Positions 46,569 to 55,980 are shown, numbered from the stretch's first letter. The stretch is DNA of 64,000 bases from an uncultured Eubacteriales bacterium (GCA_964394075.1 CAYMVI010000002.1:95234-159233); one strand, 5' to 3'. Notes: generated by a model not told the origin, from the sequence alone. Program-made: numbers and translations.

Positions 46569-47037
46569 ATTTGATAGCTTCTAATTTCTTTTTCAAGGCG
46601 TTTTGCTTGCTATCTATACTTTCATACGCCTTTTTAAATCTAAATAATCTCGCACCAAGCTGAGCTAGTTCGACAAGTTCTTTCTTTACGAACTCTTTCG
46701 CCATTGCCTCAAAATAACTCATCGCTGGAGCTTTATCTGTATTTGTTTCTTGCCATTGTTTTCTTTGCATATAAACTTGTTTATTTTCTGCGATGCTTGT
46801 TTCTGTTTTTAATACATCGTATTGCTCTTGTAGTCTTGCTATCATTTCTCCTAATAAGAAGTTCATATTTGCATATATTTCAATGTTTTTAGCTATGTTA
46901 AATCCTGTGTCAGCATCTTCTATTATTTGTTCTTGCAATTTTGTATATGTATCTGCTATCTGTTGATTAGTTGCTTGTGATATTACAAAAGGATTAAATA
47001 AATATAGTTTCTTAAAATCTTCTCCCATTGTTTGCAC
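46558..47037 (-). CDS. Hypothetical phage protein (159 aa, coiled coil).
   Basis: ORF between the ERF and bS6-fusion genes. Confidence 0.3.
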   Translation of the reverse strand: MQTMGEDFKKLYLFNPFVISQATNQQIADTYTKLQEQIIEDADTGFNIAKNIEIYANMNFLLGEMIARLQEQYDVLKTETSIAENKQVYMQRKQWQETNTDKAPAMSYFEAMAKEFVKKELVELAQLGARLFRFKKAYESIDSKQNALKKKLEAIKYEL

Positions 47038-47637
47038 CTACTTTACATCTGGCATTCCTGAAATTTTTTTCATAATCGCTATTTTTCGTGCAACTGTTAA
47101 TTCTTTAGTCGAGCTAACTTTGTAATTATGTTGTAATTGAGCTTCAACATCTATTCCTTTTTTCTCCATGATGTCATGTAGGATTTTGGCTTGTTCTTCT
47201 GATAACAATTCATCGCTTTTTTGTGATGTCTCTGGAGCTCCTTCATCTGGATCATCTTGTGTTGGAATACAGAACACTTGAAATAGTGCATATTTCATAG
47301 CTATTGCCATTGCTTTATTGGTTGCCTTATCTCCGCTATCCATACCTTCACCTACTGTTATAGCTTCTACAAACGAACCATCTTCTGCGTAAAATGTATA
47401 TTTAACAGTACATATTGAATAAAGTAATTGAACTCCGTTTTTGGTTATTCTTTCTTCTCTTTTTTGTTCTATTACTTGCGGAACTATAAATACTTTGTGC
47501 TTAGCTAATAGTGGTTGAAATGCGTTCATGACATCATCAATACCTCTATACTTAAACCCTTGTTGTTTGTTTTCTTTATCCTTACTGATTGCTGGTACTT
47601 CCTGCATAATGTTACTTATTGCTTGATAGATGTGCAT
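47038..47637 (-). CDS. erf: ERF-family single-strand annealing protein (recombinase).
   Basis: IYQAISNIMQEVPAISKDKENKQQGFKYRGIDDVMNAFQPLL is typical of the ERF superfamily N-terminus. Confidence 0.65.
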   Translation of the reverse strand: MHIYQAISNIMQEVPAISKDKENKQQGFKYRGIDDVMNAFQPLLAKHKVFIVPQVIEQKREERITKNGVQLLYSICTVKYTFYAEDGSFVEAITVGEGMDSGDKATNKAMAIAMKYALFQVFCIPTQDDPDEGAPETSQKSDELLSEEQAKILHDIMEKKGIDVEAQLQHNYKVSSTKELTVARKIAIMKKISGMPDVK

Positions 47638-48458
47638 AACATACCTCCTAATTCATGAGTTATTTTTGCAGTTTCTAAATATTTAAGAACATTGGCTAGT
47701 TCCTCATCTGTTACATTTAATATAAGTGCCACTTTCTTTTTTTGTGGAACTAATTCAAACTCTGTCTTTGGCTCAAATTCTATTTGTTCTACTTCTTCTA
47801 TTGTTGGCACATGTTCTACTTGTTTTTTTATTTCTTGTTTTGCCTTTTCTTCTTCAATAGCCTTAAATCTATCGTTTACATTCGTAATTGCCTTACTTAC
47901 ATTTAGTGATTGCTTGTATTCAACCAAGATTTCCGCTTTGTGTTCTTGTGTTTCAATGAGATTTAAGTCATCGGCAATCTTATCTATGAATGCTTTCGCT
48001 TGTTCTTTTAAACTCTTCATGCTAGCTGATAATGTTACATTTATGTTTGCGTTCTCAAATGTAACAAAATCAATATTCTTTTCACTTAGATATTCATTGA
48101 AGTATTTCTTTACTTCTTCTTTTTTCTTTTCTTTTAATTCATTCTCAACTGAATCTATTTTGCTTTTCAAATCTGCATCAGCTTTCTTGAACTTATCGCC
48201 AATGTATATTTGGTAAGCAGTTTCAAACTCTTCATAAGGCTTCATTATTTCTGCTTTAACGTGTTTTCTCTTGTCTTCAAAATCTTTAGCTTCCTTATTT
48301 AAACTTGCTCTTACTTCTTTGATTGTCTTTACATTCTCTTCTGTGCAAATTAAAGACATTGCTTCATTTACCTTCTTGTCGATTTCTTCGCTTGCTAGTT
48401 TTAATTGCTCTTTTATAACTGGTAATTGCTCAATTACGATTAGTTCGTTATTATTCAT
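47616..48458 (-). CDS. DUF1351-like phage protein (commonly ERF/SSB-associated).
   Basis: 280 aa. Coiled-coil-rich. Conserved synteny upstream of erf in Bacillota phages. Confidence 0.4.
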   Translation of the reverse strand: MNNNELIVIEQLPVIKEQLKLASEEIDKKVNEAMSLICTEENVKTIKEVRASLNKEAKDFEDKRKHVKAEIMKPYEEFETAYQIYIGDKFKKADADLKSKIDSVENELKEKKKEEVKKYFNEYLSEKNIDFVTFENANINVTLSASMKSLKEQAKAFIDKIADDLNLIETQEHKAEILVEYKQSLNVSKAITNVNDRFKAIEEEKAKQEIKKQVEHVPTIEEVEQIEFEPKTEFELVPQKKKVALILNVTDEELANVLKYLETAKITHELGGMLCTSIKQ

Positions 48459-48667
48459 CCTCTATTCCCCTTTCAATGTTCTTAATTCTTCATTAAGTTC
48501 GGCCAATCTTTTATAATCACTGGATTCTAAATGGTCAGCCATCAATATAAAAAATCTCTCTTTTTCTATTTCTTCTATTCTTTCTTCCACATTTACACCT
48601 TGCTTTCTGCTTGGTTTTTGTGCTAAAATATAAAAAAATACTTTTATATGTGGTTATTTTTTTGGGA

Positions 48668-48997
48668 CTAAACATTTTCGTTGGTAGCGGTCGTGTTTAG
48701 TTCTTTTTTATATTTATTAGCATTTATAAGTCTGTTTACCTTTTCTTCTGCATTCTGAATTTTTATCACATCAGTGACAAGCTCAGTTTTTAAATCTTCT
48801 ACAGCTTTATAAGCTTCTTCATACCTTCCTGCTTTTAATTCGTTTGATATATAACCTAATTCATTAATTAGTGTTTCTTGTGTTTCAATATGTGCATCTA
48901 CTACTTTTTTAAACATATTTTTCTCACCTCTCTTTTGTACAAATCTTACGATTCTTGATTGTTTACTTTCGATATAAAACATCTTGATTCTAAACAA
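48668..48997 (-). CDS. Hypothetical early phage protein (109 aa).
   Basis: ORF. Confidence 0.3.
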   Translation of the reverse strand: MFRIKMFYIESKQSRIVRFVQKRGEKNMFKKVVDAHIETQETLINELGYISNELKAGRYEEAYKAVEDLKTELVTDVIKIQNAEEKVNRLINANKYKKELNTTATNENV

Positions 48998-49115
48998 ATA
49001 CTTCTGTCATTCTCAGATTGTTTCTTGAACTTCTAAATACAAACATAATCTTGATACGATTATTGATAAAAAACTCTTTTAAATTGAATAAAACATACAT
49101 CTTTTTCGTTGGTTT

Positions 49116-49433
49116 TTATCTAATAACTTTTTTTCTCCTTGGTGTGTTGAAATAATCTCTAAAAGCACCTATTTCAACTACTTTTTCTTTCCCATAATCA
49201 CAACTTGGAAAGTCTGGTCTATTAAATAATTCCTGTACTGTTTTTCTACTCCAAGGTAATATTTTCTTTTCAACGATTTCATCTACCGTTAAAAAATGAA
49301 GCCCTTTTGTTGTTTTTTCTAGTTCTTGTATGGTTTTAATAAATTCCTTTAGATTTTCAAGTTGTGGTTCAAGGTCGGTATTCACTTTTAATTCCAAATG
49401 TCTTCCTCCCTTCATTTGTGTGTCGTGTCGCAT
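49116..49433 (-). CDS. HTH_17/excisionase-like DNA-binding protein.
   Basis: LTVDEIVEKKILPWSRKTVQELFNRPDFPSCDYGKEKVVEIGAFRDYF is a MerR/Xis-type HTH. Confidence 0.5.
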   Translation of the reverse strand: MRHDTQMKGGRHLELKVNTDLEPQLENLKEFIKTIQELEKTTKGLHFLTVDEIVEKKILPWSRKTVQELFNRPDFPSCDYGKEKVVEIGAFRDYFNTPRRKKVIR

Positions 49434-49470
49434 TATTTTTTAATCATTGTTTTCAATGTTTTCACTTCCT

Positions 49471-49686
49471 TTACCGTTTAACTGTAATTTCATTGCAAAA
49501 AAAATCAATGTCGTTGTAGCTTATATTGAAATGTTTTTCAATTCTTTTTAATACAGGAACATCTGGAAAAGTTATTCCTTTTTCATAATTAGCCCACGTT
49601 TCAACACTTACGCCTATAGCTTTTGCGGTTTGTTCTTGTGTCTCATTTGCGTTAACCCTTATTGCTCTTAACGAATATTTTGGCAT
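49471..49686 (-). CDS. cro: Cro-like XRE-family HTH regulator.
   Basis: 71 aa. ETQEQTAKAIGVSVETWANYEKG is an XRE HTH. Divergent from the CI-like repressor. Confidence 0.65.
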   Translation of the reverse strand: MPKYSLRAIRVNANETQEQTAKAIGVSVETWANYEKGITFPDVPVLKRIEKHFNISYNDIDFFCNEITVKR

Positions 49687-49689
49687 TCC

Positions 49690-49815
49690 ACAATCACCTC
49701 CATTACTGTTTTACTGTAATTATATTATTACGGTTTAACTATAAAGTCAATAGTAAAACTGTAATTTTTTTAATTTAGCATTGAATAAATTACGGAATAG
49801 CTGTATAATAGCTTT
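49690..49815. promoter_or_regulatory. Divergent PR/PRM-type promoters with repeated TTACGG/CTGTAA operator half-sites (cI-cro switch region).
   Basis: Plus strand TTGAAT-18-TATAAT (49781-49810) for cI. Minus strand TTGACT-17-TAATAT for cro. Half-sites ACTGTAATTATATTATTACGGT (49714-49735), AAACTGTAAT (49755-49765) and TTACGGAATAGCTGTAT (49791-49807). Confidence 0.5.
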
Positions 49816-49831
49816 TGCGGGGGGTGAATTG

Positions 49832-50458
49832 ATGAGTGATTTAGGTAATAAAGAAATATTAGCTAAAAATTTAGAATATTATATGAAGATTAACAGTAAA
49901 GACAGAAATGATGTTGCAAGAGATTTGGATATTCCTTATACCACTTTAACTAGCTGGCTTAAAGCTGAATTTTATCCAAGAATTGATAGAATCCAACTAT
50001 TGGCTAACTACTTTGGAATACAAAAATCAGATTTGGTTGAAGAAAAAAAGGAAGTATTATTTGAATCAAAGCAAGTGTTTCCACTACTTGGTACTGTAAA
50101 AGCAGGATATAACTATTTAGCACAAGAAAATTTTATTGGATATATCTGTATGGATAAAGAAGTTTCAGATCCTGAAAATTACTTTGCATTAAAGGTCACT
50201 GGTGATAGTATGCAACCTATACTTTATGATAATGATATTGTTATAGTTCACCAGCAAAATGATATTGAAAACGGACAAATTGGGATCGTTGTAATAGATG
50301 GAGAAGAAGCAACTGTAAAGAAAATAAACAAATATAATGACCATATTGATTTAATTGCTTTTAACTCTTATTATCCACCAAAAAGATTAGATATAGACTC
50401 TAATTTTAAAATTATAGGTAAAGTTGTAGAAGCCAGAATTAGCAAGATATTTGAATAA
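49832..50458 (+). CDS. CI-like phage repressor (XRE HTH plus S24 LexA-type peptidase).
   Basis: RBS GGGGGTGA then ATG at 49832. N-terminal HTH. C-terminal VTGDSMQPIL...K Ser-Lys dyad autopeptidase motif. Confidence 0.8.
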   Translation: MSDLGNKEILAKNLEYYMKINSKDRNDVARDLDIPYTTLTSWLKAEFYPRIDRIQLLANYFGIQKSDLVEEKKEVLFESKQVFPLLGTVKAGYNYLAQENFIGYICMDKEVSDPENYFALKVTGDSMQPILYDNDIVIVHQQNDIENGQIGIVVIDGEEATVKKINKYNDHIDLIAFNSYYPPKRLDIDSNFKIIGKVVEARISKIFE

Positions 50459-50476
50459 ATTACAAGGAGAAAAATT

Positions 50477-50680
50477 ATGAAAAAAATTTTAAAAATATTA
50501 TGGTGGTTAGTATTTATGCCAATATTAGCAGTTGCGTTAGCTGTTTTTGTAACATTTGCTATATTACACCATTGTCAGTATAGTAATATAACTATAAGTA
50601 CTGTTACTACATTATTTGTTAATCCAGCTGTATTTTTTGTTTCTATACTTTATGGGTTGAAAAAAATTAAGAAAAAATAA
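50477..50680 (+). CDS. Small two-TM membrane protein between cI and int. Candidate superinfection-exclusion/moron protein.
   Basis: 67 aa. Two hydrophobic helices. RBS AGGAGA. Confidence 0.4.
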   Translation: MKKILKILWWLVFMPILAVALAVFVTFAILHHCQYSNITISTVTTLFVNPAVFFVSILYGLKKIKKK

Positions 50681-50685
50681 AAAGG

Positions 50686-50806
50686 ATAATGTGTTTCAAG
50701 TTTGCGACACGACACACATTATCCACCAAGGTAAACACTCCGAAAAGTGGTTACAACACATATTTTATATGTTGTACCTCCACTTTTCAAGTGTTTATTG
50801 TAATAA
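50686..50806. promoter_or_regulatory. Long imperfect inverted repeats/hairpins upstream of int.
   Basis: GGATAATGTGT..ACACATTATCC (50687-50728). Also AAACACT..AAAAGTGG..ACAACATA mirrored by TATGTTGT..CCACTTTT..AGTGTTT (50740-50800). Confidence 0.4.
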
Positions 50807-50830
50807 ATATTTGAAATGGAGGTTTTTTAT

Positions 50831-51997
50831 ATGGGGAAAAGAGGTAATGGCGAGGGTTCTATCTATTACCATGAAAAGCTTAAACGATGGGTTGGCCAAT
50901 TTACTGCTGGATATAAAGATGATGGAAAATTAAATAGAAAAACCGTATATGGGAAAACTAGAAAAGAAGTTGCCACAAAAATTAATGAAAAACAAAATGA
51001 ATTGATTAATAACACTTTTGTAGATAAAACAGATGTCAAATTCTACGAACTGGCACAAAAATATATAGATGATAGATATAATTCTAATATTATTACGGCA
51101 ACCACATATTTATCTAACACATATGCGTTAAATCGATTAAAACAAACAAAAATCTATTCTGCAAAAATTCAAGATTTAACAGCCAATTTTATCAATAAAG
51201 AACTTACAAAATTAAAAAAATATTCTGCTTCTGTTATTGAAAAGGAAAAGTTTATAATTTCTAATACATTAGATTTGGCTGTGTTAAATAAATTAATTTA
51301 CACAAATCCTTTTTCTATTAAAAAATCAATTATAATTCCCAAAAGCGATGTGCAAACTCGTGAAGTTGATGCTTTCACAACTGATGAACAAAAATCACTT
51401 ATAGAAGAACTAAATTCAAAAGATTACAAATATAAGGATATTATATTAATAGCTCTTTATAGCGGTATGCGTATCGGCGAAATACTTGCATTGGAAAAAG
51501 ATGATGTTGATTTAGAAGAAGGGATTATTCATGTTAAAAGAACGCTAACTAAAAACGAAAGTCAGAAATTTATCGTTGGCTCAAAAACAAAAACTTATGC
51601 AGGCAAAAGAACAGTGCCTATTTTTCCACAAATCAAATGTTTTTTTTACGATATGCCTGAAGGATTATTATTCACCCAAAATGGAAAAATAATAATACCA
51701 CCAGCAATCAACTCAGCCTTTAAAAGAATTTGCAAAAATGCAGGCATTAGATTGGCCAAATACCCTTTACACAGAGGTGGAAAAGTAATACAATTAAATA
51801 CAAGTGAAGCACATACGCACATGCTTAGACATACGTTTGCAACTAGATGTATTGAAGCTGGTATGCAAGCGGTAGTATTACAAAAGATTTTAGGCCACAA
51901 AGATATATCGGTGACATTAAATACATATACATCTATTTTTAATAAATTTAAACAAACGGAGATTGAAAAAGTGACAAATTATTTAGAGACATTTTAA
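50831..51997 (+). CDS. int: Tyrosine-type phage integrase.
   Basis: RBS GGAGG then ATG at 50831 (MGKRGNGEGSIYY...). C-terminal catalytic region HMLRHTFATRCIEAGM...LGHKDISVTLNTYT (R..H..R..Y). Confidence 0.85.
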   Translation: MGKRGNGEGSIYYHEKLKRWVGQFTAGYKDDGKLNRKTVYGKTRKEVATKINEKQNELINNTFVDKTDVKFYELAQKYIDDRYNSNIITATTYLSNTYALNRLKQTKIYSAKIQDLTANFINKELTKLKKYSASVIEKEKFIISNTLDLAVLNKLIYTNPFSIKKSIIIPKSDVQTREVDAFTTDEQKSLIEELNSKDYKYKDIILIALYSGMRIGEILALEKDDVDLEEGIIHVKRTLTKNESQKFIVGSKTKTYAGKRTVPIFPQIKCFFYDMPEGLLFTQNGKIIIPPAINSAFKRICKNAGIRLAKYPLHRGGKVIQLNTSEAHTHMLRHTFATRCIEAGMQAVVLQKILGHKDISVTLNTYTSIFNKFKQTEIEKVTNYLETF

Positions 51998-52005
51998 TAC
52001 AAAAT

Positions 52006-52031
52006 TTACTGCAATATTTACTGCAACGCAA
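52006..52031. repeat. attR core direct repeat.
   Basis: TTTACTGCAATATTTACTGCAACGCA, immediately 3' of int. Confidence 0.6.
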
Positions 52032-52186
52032 AAACTTTTTAAGATATTCTGTATATATTTGAAAAACACAAAAAAGTTTAAATCTCATTAAAACACGCAT
52101 TATATGAGCTTTGAAAGAATTGCAGTATATATACAAAACATTATATTTTTATCATCTCCACCAATCAATCACAAAACAACGATAAA

Positions 52187-52225
52187 AAAACAGACCATCT
52201 TATGCAGATGGTCTGTTTCATTTTA
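52187..52225. terminator. Bidirectional terminator hairpin.
   Basis: AAACAGACCATCT-TATGC-AGATGGTCTGTTT flanked by A/T runs. Confidence 0.5.
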
Positions 52226-52315
52226 TAAAATTTTAATAACGTTATCTTTTAATTTGTCAAACATGCATAAATGGCAGCCAAAAGTAAAAAATTTAATCCT
52301 ATCATCTTCCATATT

Positions 52316-52954
52316 CTACGTCCTCTGCATGCACTTTTCCCAAAAACAAGCATTGCTACTATTGGAGCAACTATAATAACGTACCCTGATAAAATCGCAG
52401 CCATAACTATCATTCCGGTAACCATTTTCATCATTCAAACCAACAATCGGAATAATTATAATTAGACAAGCTAAAATTAAATAATAAATTGCCAATATTG
52501 TTTTTGAAAACAAACTTAATGGTTCTTTCGGCAATTTAGTTTTTTCATTTTTAGCAATTCTTTCTGCATCACTTTCTTCTATTTCTTCTAGTGACACTTT
52601 TTCTTTTTTTATAATCTTTACTGTCAGGTACCCTATTACAATAAAAAGAGTAGCAAATAAAATACAGCAATTAATAGTATCACTAAAAATCGAACAAAAC
52701 CAACTACTAATGACAACAAACAGTAACGGCAAATACATCACTAAAGATGTTGTAATATACACTTTTAATAGATCCTTTTTATTTTTTATAGACAAGATGG
52801 CTAATAAAAAAATAGGCACAAATGTAAGCACCCCAAAAGCTATTGCCCATCTAATATCCATAAACTCACACCACGAATCTAGGCAAAACAAATTAAGTAC
52901 TATATGTAGCAAAAAGAATGCTCTGTAATAATTATCATTATTCTTTTGAATCAC
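52316..52954 (-). CDS. Polytopic membrane protein (212 aa), possibly frameshifted near its 3' end.
   Basis: About 5 TM helices. A second TM-rich ORF (52249-52434) overlaps the 3' end in another frame. Confidence 0.4.
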   Translation of the reverse strand: MIQKNNDNYYRAFFLLHIVLNLFCLDSWCEFMDIRWAIAFGVLTFVPIFLLAILSIKNKKDLLKVYITTSLVMYLPLLFVVISSWFCSIFSDTINCCILFATLFIVIGYLTVKIIKKEKVSLEEIEESDAERIAKNEKTKLPKEPLSLFSKTILAIYYLILACLIIIIPIVGLNDENGYRNDSYGCDFIRVRYYSCSNSSNACFWEKCMQRT

Positions 52955-53131
52955 TAAAAATCCCCCTTTTGTTCAAAAAACCAATCTTTCATATCTACAT
53001 ATTATCATTCTACAAATCTTTTTTCTATAAAAAGATACTTTTTTTACACACAAGAGAGAATTTGTAGTAAAATGGTGGTGTTAACACACATGTTTTCAAA
53101 ACATATCGAACAATTCTTTAGGAGGAATTAT

Positions 53132-53725
53132 ATGAAAAAACGAATGATAGCTTATGGTGCTATTTTACTAGCAATTATCGTTGTAATATTGCTAATTTCA
53201 TTTTCAAGAAGCACCACAGTAAATAACGAAGTAGATTTAACTACAATAAAGGATACTTTTGATTTAGACTTAATTATTAACTTAGGAAACTTTGATATAA
53301 AAAATTACGATGAATCAAAACTTCTTGATGTTGCAATGCAACTAGCAGAAAAAAATAATTTATTATATGAATTTTCAGACGAGACAACATTTATTCAATA
53401 CGTTTCAAGAGAAGATTTACATTCAATAATAAAAGACTTCACAGGTATAACTCTTGAATCACCAATCGAAATCGAAGATTTCTATTATTTATATGATAGT
53501 GAAAATGATTATTATTTCTACAGACCAGCTTCACCATCATACTTCAAGGTAAAAGAAATTACTTCAACAAAAGTAAAAGATGACTCATATTCAATTAAAT
53601 GTTTTATAGCAGAAGACATCGCAAATGAAAATGTTGAATCAGAAGATGCTACTCTTTCAATAACATCAATGCCAAGCAACAATTGGATAAAATACAGAGT
53701 AGAAAAAATTGAAATAACTAAATAA
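53132..53725 (+). CDS. Membrane-anchored hypothetical protein (probable start MKKRMIAYGAILL...).
   Basis: RBS AGGAGG 6 nt before ATG 53132. N-terminal TM anchor. Terminator hairpin AAGCATCTCAAACTCGAGATGCTTTTTT at 53731-53760. Confidence 0.5.
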   Translation: MKKRMIAYGAILLAIIVVILLISFSRSTTVNNEVDLTTIKDTFDLDLIINLGNFDIKNYDESKLLDVAMQLAEKNNLLYEFSDETTFIQYVSREDLHSIIKDFTGITLESPIEIEDFYYLYDSENDYYFYRPASPSYFKVKEITSTKVKDDSYSIKCFIAEDIANENVESEDATLSITSMPSNNWIKYRVEKIEITK

Positions 53726-53764
53726 AACGAAAAGCATCTCAAACTCGAGATGCTTTTTTGCTTA

Positions 53765-54580
53765 TCACTTCAACTTTATAAACGCTGCATTAAGTCCAAA
53801 TCTTTCTCCATCGCCTCTTCTTGTGTGTAGAGTTTCTGTATTACACAAAGTACAAATATCCGAATCAATAATATTCTCAGACTTTACTCCAGCTTCTTCT
53901 AGAAGCAATTTTGTAATTAGTATTGTATCAATATAGAATTTTTCTTCATCATTTTCTATTCCTTTAAACTTAATTATTTCATTAAGCTTGTTTGTATATT
54001 CAAATATTTTTCTACACTCAGATTCAACATCTGTCTTAACTTCAAAATGACATTTTCTAATGCTTGGACAAATACAAGCTATAATATCTTTAGGATCAGA
54101 ATTATAATCACTTTGCATTTTTTCAATAGCTTTTAAAGAAATCTTTTTAAACGTTCCCTTCCATCCAGAATGCACGTTAGCTATAACTTTTTTCACAGGA
54201 TCATACATTAGTAGTGCAATACAATCCGCGCTAGTTGTCGCCAATATAAAATCTTTTTTATCCGTTATTAAACCATCTACATCATTAAGATATTCCATTA
54301 AGATTTCTGGTCCGTTAAAATTCTTTTTTTCTTTCACGTTTTTCACTACATCTGTGTGTTCTTGCAAAGCTCTCACAACATATTTATAATCCAAACCTTC
54401 ATAATCACAGAATTTTTCATAATCCTCCGCAATTGTTTTTTCAGCTTTATTTCCTCTAAAATTTAATGGCTTAATAACAAATGCATGCCAAAGTTCTGGA
54501 TACTGTAACAACTTTTTAAATTGTAAATATTCATATCCATTATTCTTTACATGAATAATATTTTCATTTGATAAATCCAT
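53765..54580 (-). CDS. pgeF: YfiH/PgeF-family (DUF152, laccase-domain) purine nucleoside phosphorylase/peptidoglycan editing factor.
   Basis: SADCIALL...HSGWKG...CPSIRKCHFEV matches the conserved Cys/His residues. Start at internal Met preceded by AGGAGG. Confidence 0.7.
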   Translation of the reverse strand: MDLSNENIIHVKNNGYEYLQFKKLLQYPELWHAFVIKPLNFRGNKAEKTIAEDYEKFCDYEGLDYKYVVRALQEHTDVVKNVKEKKNFNGPEILMEYLNDVDGLITDKKDFILATTSADCIALLMYDPVKKVIANVHSGWKGTFKKISLKAIEKMQSDYNSDPKDIIACICPSIRKCHFEVKTDVESECRKIFEYTNKLNEIIKFKGIENDEEKFYIDTILITKLLLEEAGVKSENIIDSDICTLCNTETLHTRRGDGERFGLNAAFIKLK

Positions 54581-54588
54581 TTTTCCTC

Positions 54589-55332
54589 CTAGCAATCATA
54601 ATTAACACTAACAAGATACAAACCATGTGGTGGTAATGTTTTTCCTGCTTTTGTTCTATCTCCAGATTTTAATATTTCAGGAATATCATCTGCATTTATT
54701 TTACCAAGTCCAACATCAACTATAGTTCCCGCAATTATTCTAACCATGTTATATAAAAATCCGTTTCCTGTTAATTCTATATAAATTCTGGTTCCATCTT
54801 TTCTTATCGAACAGTTTGTTAAAGTTCTTACTGTTGTTTTTTTCTCGCTTCCACCAGAAGATTTGAAACCTTTAAAATCGTGCTCACCTTCAAAATATTT
54901 TATCGCTTTTTCCATAGCTTCATAATCTAAATTATATGGCATGTGAAACTCTCTATATCTTTCTAATGCAGATGGAAATTCTGAATTGTTTACTATATAG
55001 CGATATGTTTTTAATTTGCAATTATACCTTGAATGAAATCTTTCTTCGACTTCTACTGCATCTTTAATAACTATACTCTTTGGCAATTTGGAGTTAAGCG
55101 CATAAGGTATTTTATTAATTTCTATATTGGTATTTGTATGAAAGTTCGCTACTTGTCCTAATGCATGAACCCCAGCATCTGTTCTACCAGAAGCAATCAC
55201 ATCAACTTCTTCTCCAGTCACTTCAAAGATAGCTTTTTGAATTTCTGATTGTATGCTCATTTTACCAGGTTGTGATTGCCAACCAGGAAAATTTTTGCCA
55301 TCATATTCTATTGTTATTCTTATATTTCGCAT
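54589..55332 (-). CDS. truA: tRNA pseudouridine(38-40) synthase TruA.
   Basis: IRITIEYDGKNFPGWQSQP...ASGRTDAGVHALGQV is the catalytic Asp motif. Confidence 0.85.
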   Translation of the reverse strand: MRNIRITIEYDGKNFPGWQSQPGKMSIQSEIQKAIFEVTGEEVDVIASGRTDAGVHALGQVANFHTNTNIEINKIPYALNSKLPKSIVIKDAVEVEERFHSRYNCKLKTYRYIVNNSEFPSALERYREFHMPYNLDYEAMEKAIKYFEGEHDFKGFKSSGGSEKKTTVRTLTNCSIRKDGTRIYIELTGNGFLYNMVRIIAGTIVDVGLGKINADDIPEILKSGDRTKAGKTLPPHGLYLVSVNYDC

Positions 55333-55347
55333 TTCCTGCCTCCAAAA

Positions 55348-55980
55348 TTATTTAATCATAATTCTTACTTCTTTATCTTTAACAAGTTCTTTAAACTTTT
55401 CTCCGTCATCTTTTTCACCAACAATTAAACCATAATGTGTTGGTACTACAATCTTTGCGGTAATTAGATTTGCAAGTTCAGCCGCCTCTTCATAATCCAT
55501 CGTATATTTACCACCTACAGGTAAAAATGCTACATCACACTCAACATTTCTAATTTCCTTTATATTATCTGTATCTCCAGCAATATAATATTTCACGCCA
55601 TCTAGTTCAATTATATATCCAACCCAATTTTCTTTCTTCTGGTGATACATTTTTTCTTTATTAAACGCATATGTTGTTTTAAACTTGACACCTGGCAACT
55701 CATATTCTTTATCTGGTTCAACCAAGAAAACTCTTTCCTTATTTTTTGTTAAATCATACGCAAGTTCTCTAGATGATTCTGGCGTAATTATATGAGTATT
55801 TCCTTTTAAAACTTTTTCAATATCATCCTCTGAAAAATGATCATAGTGGGTATGAGTTGAAAACACATAGTCCGCATCCCCATAATATTTATTTTCTAAG
55901 TTATATGGATCTATATATATAGTTTTTGAACCTTCAATCTTTATACTATTGTGACAAAAAACTGTAACATTTTCTAACAT
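55348..55980 (-). CDS. MBL-fold metallo-hydrolase.
   Basis: STHTHYDHF is the metallo-beta-lactamase HxHxDH motif. Confidence 0.7.
   Translation of the reverse strand: MLENVTVFCHNSIKIEGSKTIYIDPYNLENKYYGDADYVFSTHTHYDHFSEDDIEKVLKGNTHIITPESSRELAYDLTKNKERVFLVEPDKEYELPGVKFKTTYAFNKEKMYHQKKENWVGYIIELDGVKYYIAGDTDNIKEIRNVECDVAFLPVGGKYTMDYEEAAELANLITAKIVVPTHYGLIVGEKDDGEKFKELVKDKEVRIMIK

Larger units (their letters stand above)
8241..52031. mobile_element. Integrated temperate prophage (~43.8 kb) at the ssrA 3' flank.
   Basis: Bounded by imperfect direct repeats TTTACTGCAAT(A)TTTACTGCAACGCA at 8241-8266 and 52006-52031. Tyrosine integrase, CI and Cro sit at the right end. Replication, packaging, head, tail and lysis genes all lie on the minus strand. 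Classic tmRNA-locus integration. Confidence 0.8.

Noticed and set aside
48474-48611. Possible 45-aa small ORF (GTG start, RBS AAGGTG) on the minus strand between the DUF1351-like gene and the next early gene
   Set aside because: It is too short and unsupported to call. It is noted only as a candidate.
50691-50933. 80-aa plus ORF overlapping the integrase start
   Set aside because: It is in a different frame over the int RBS and start, and int has a clear GGAGG-ATG at 50831. It is spurious.
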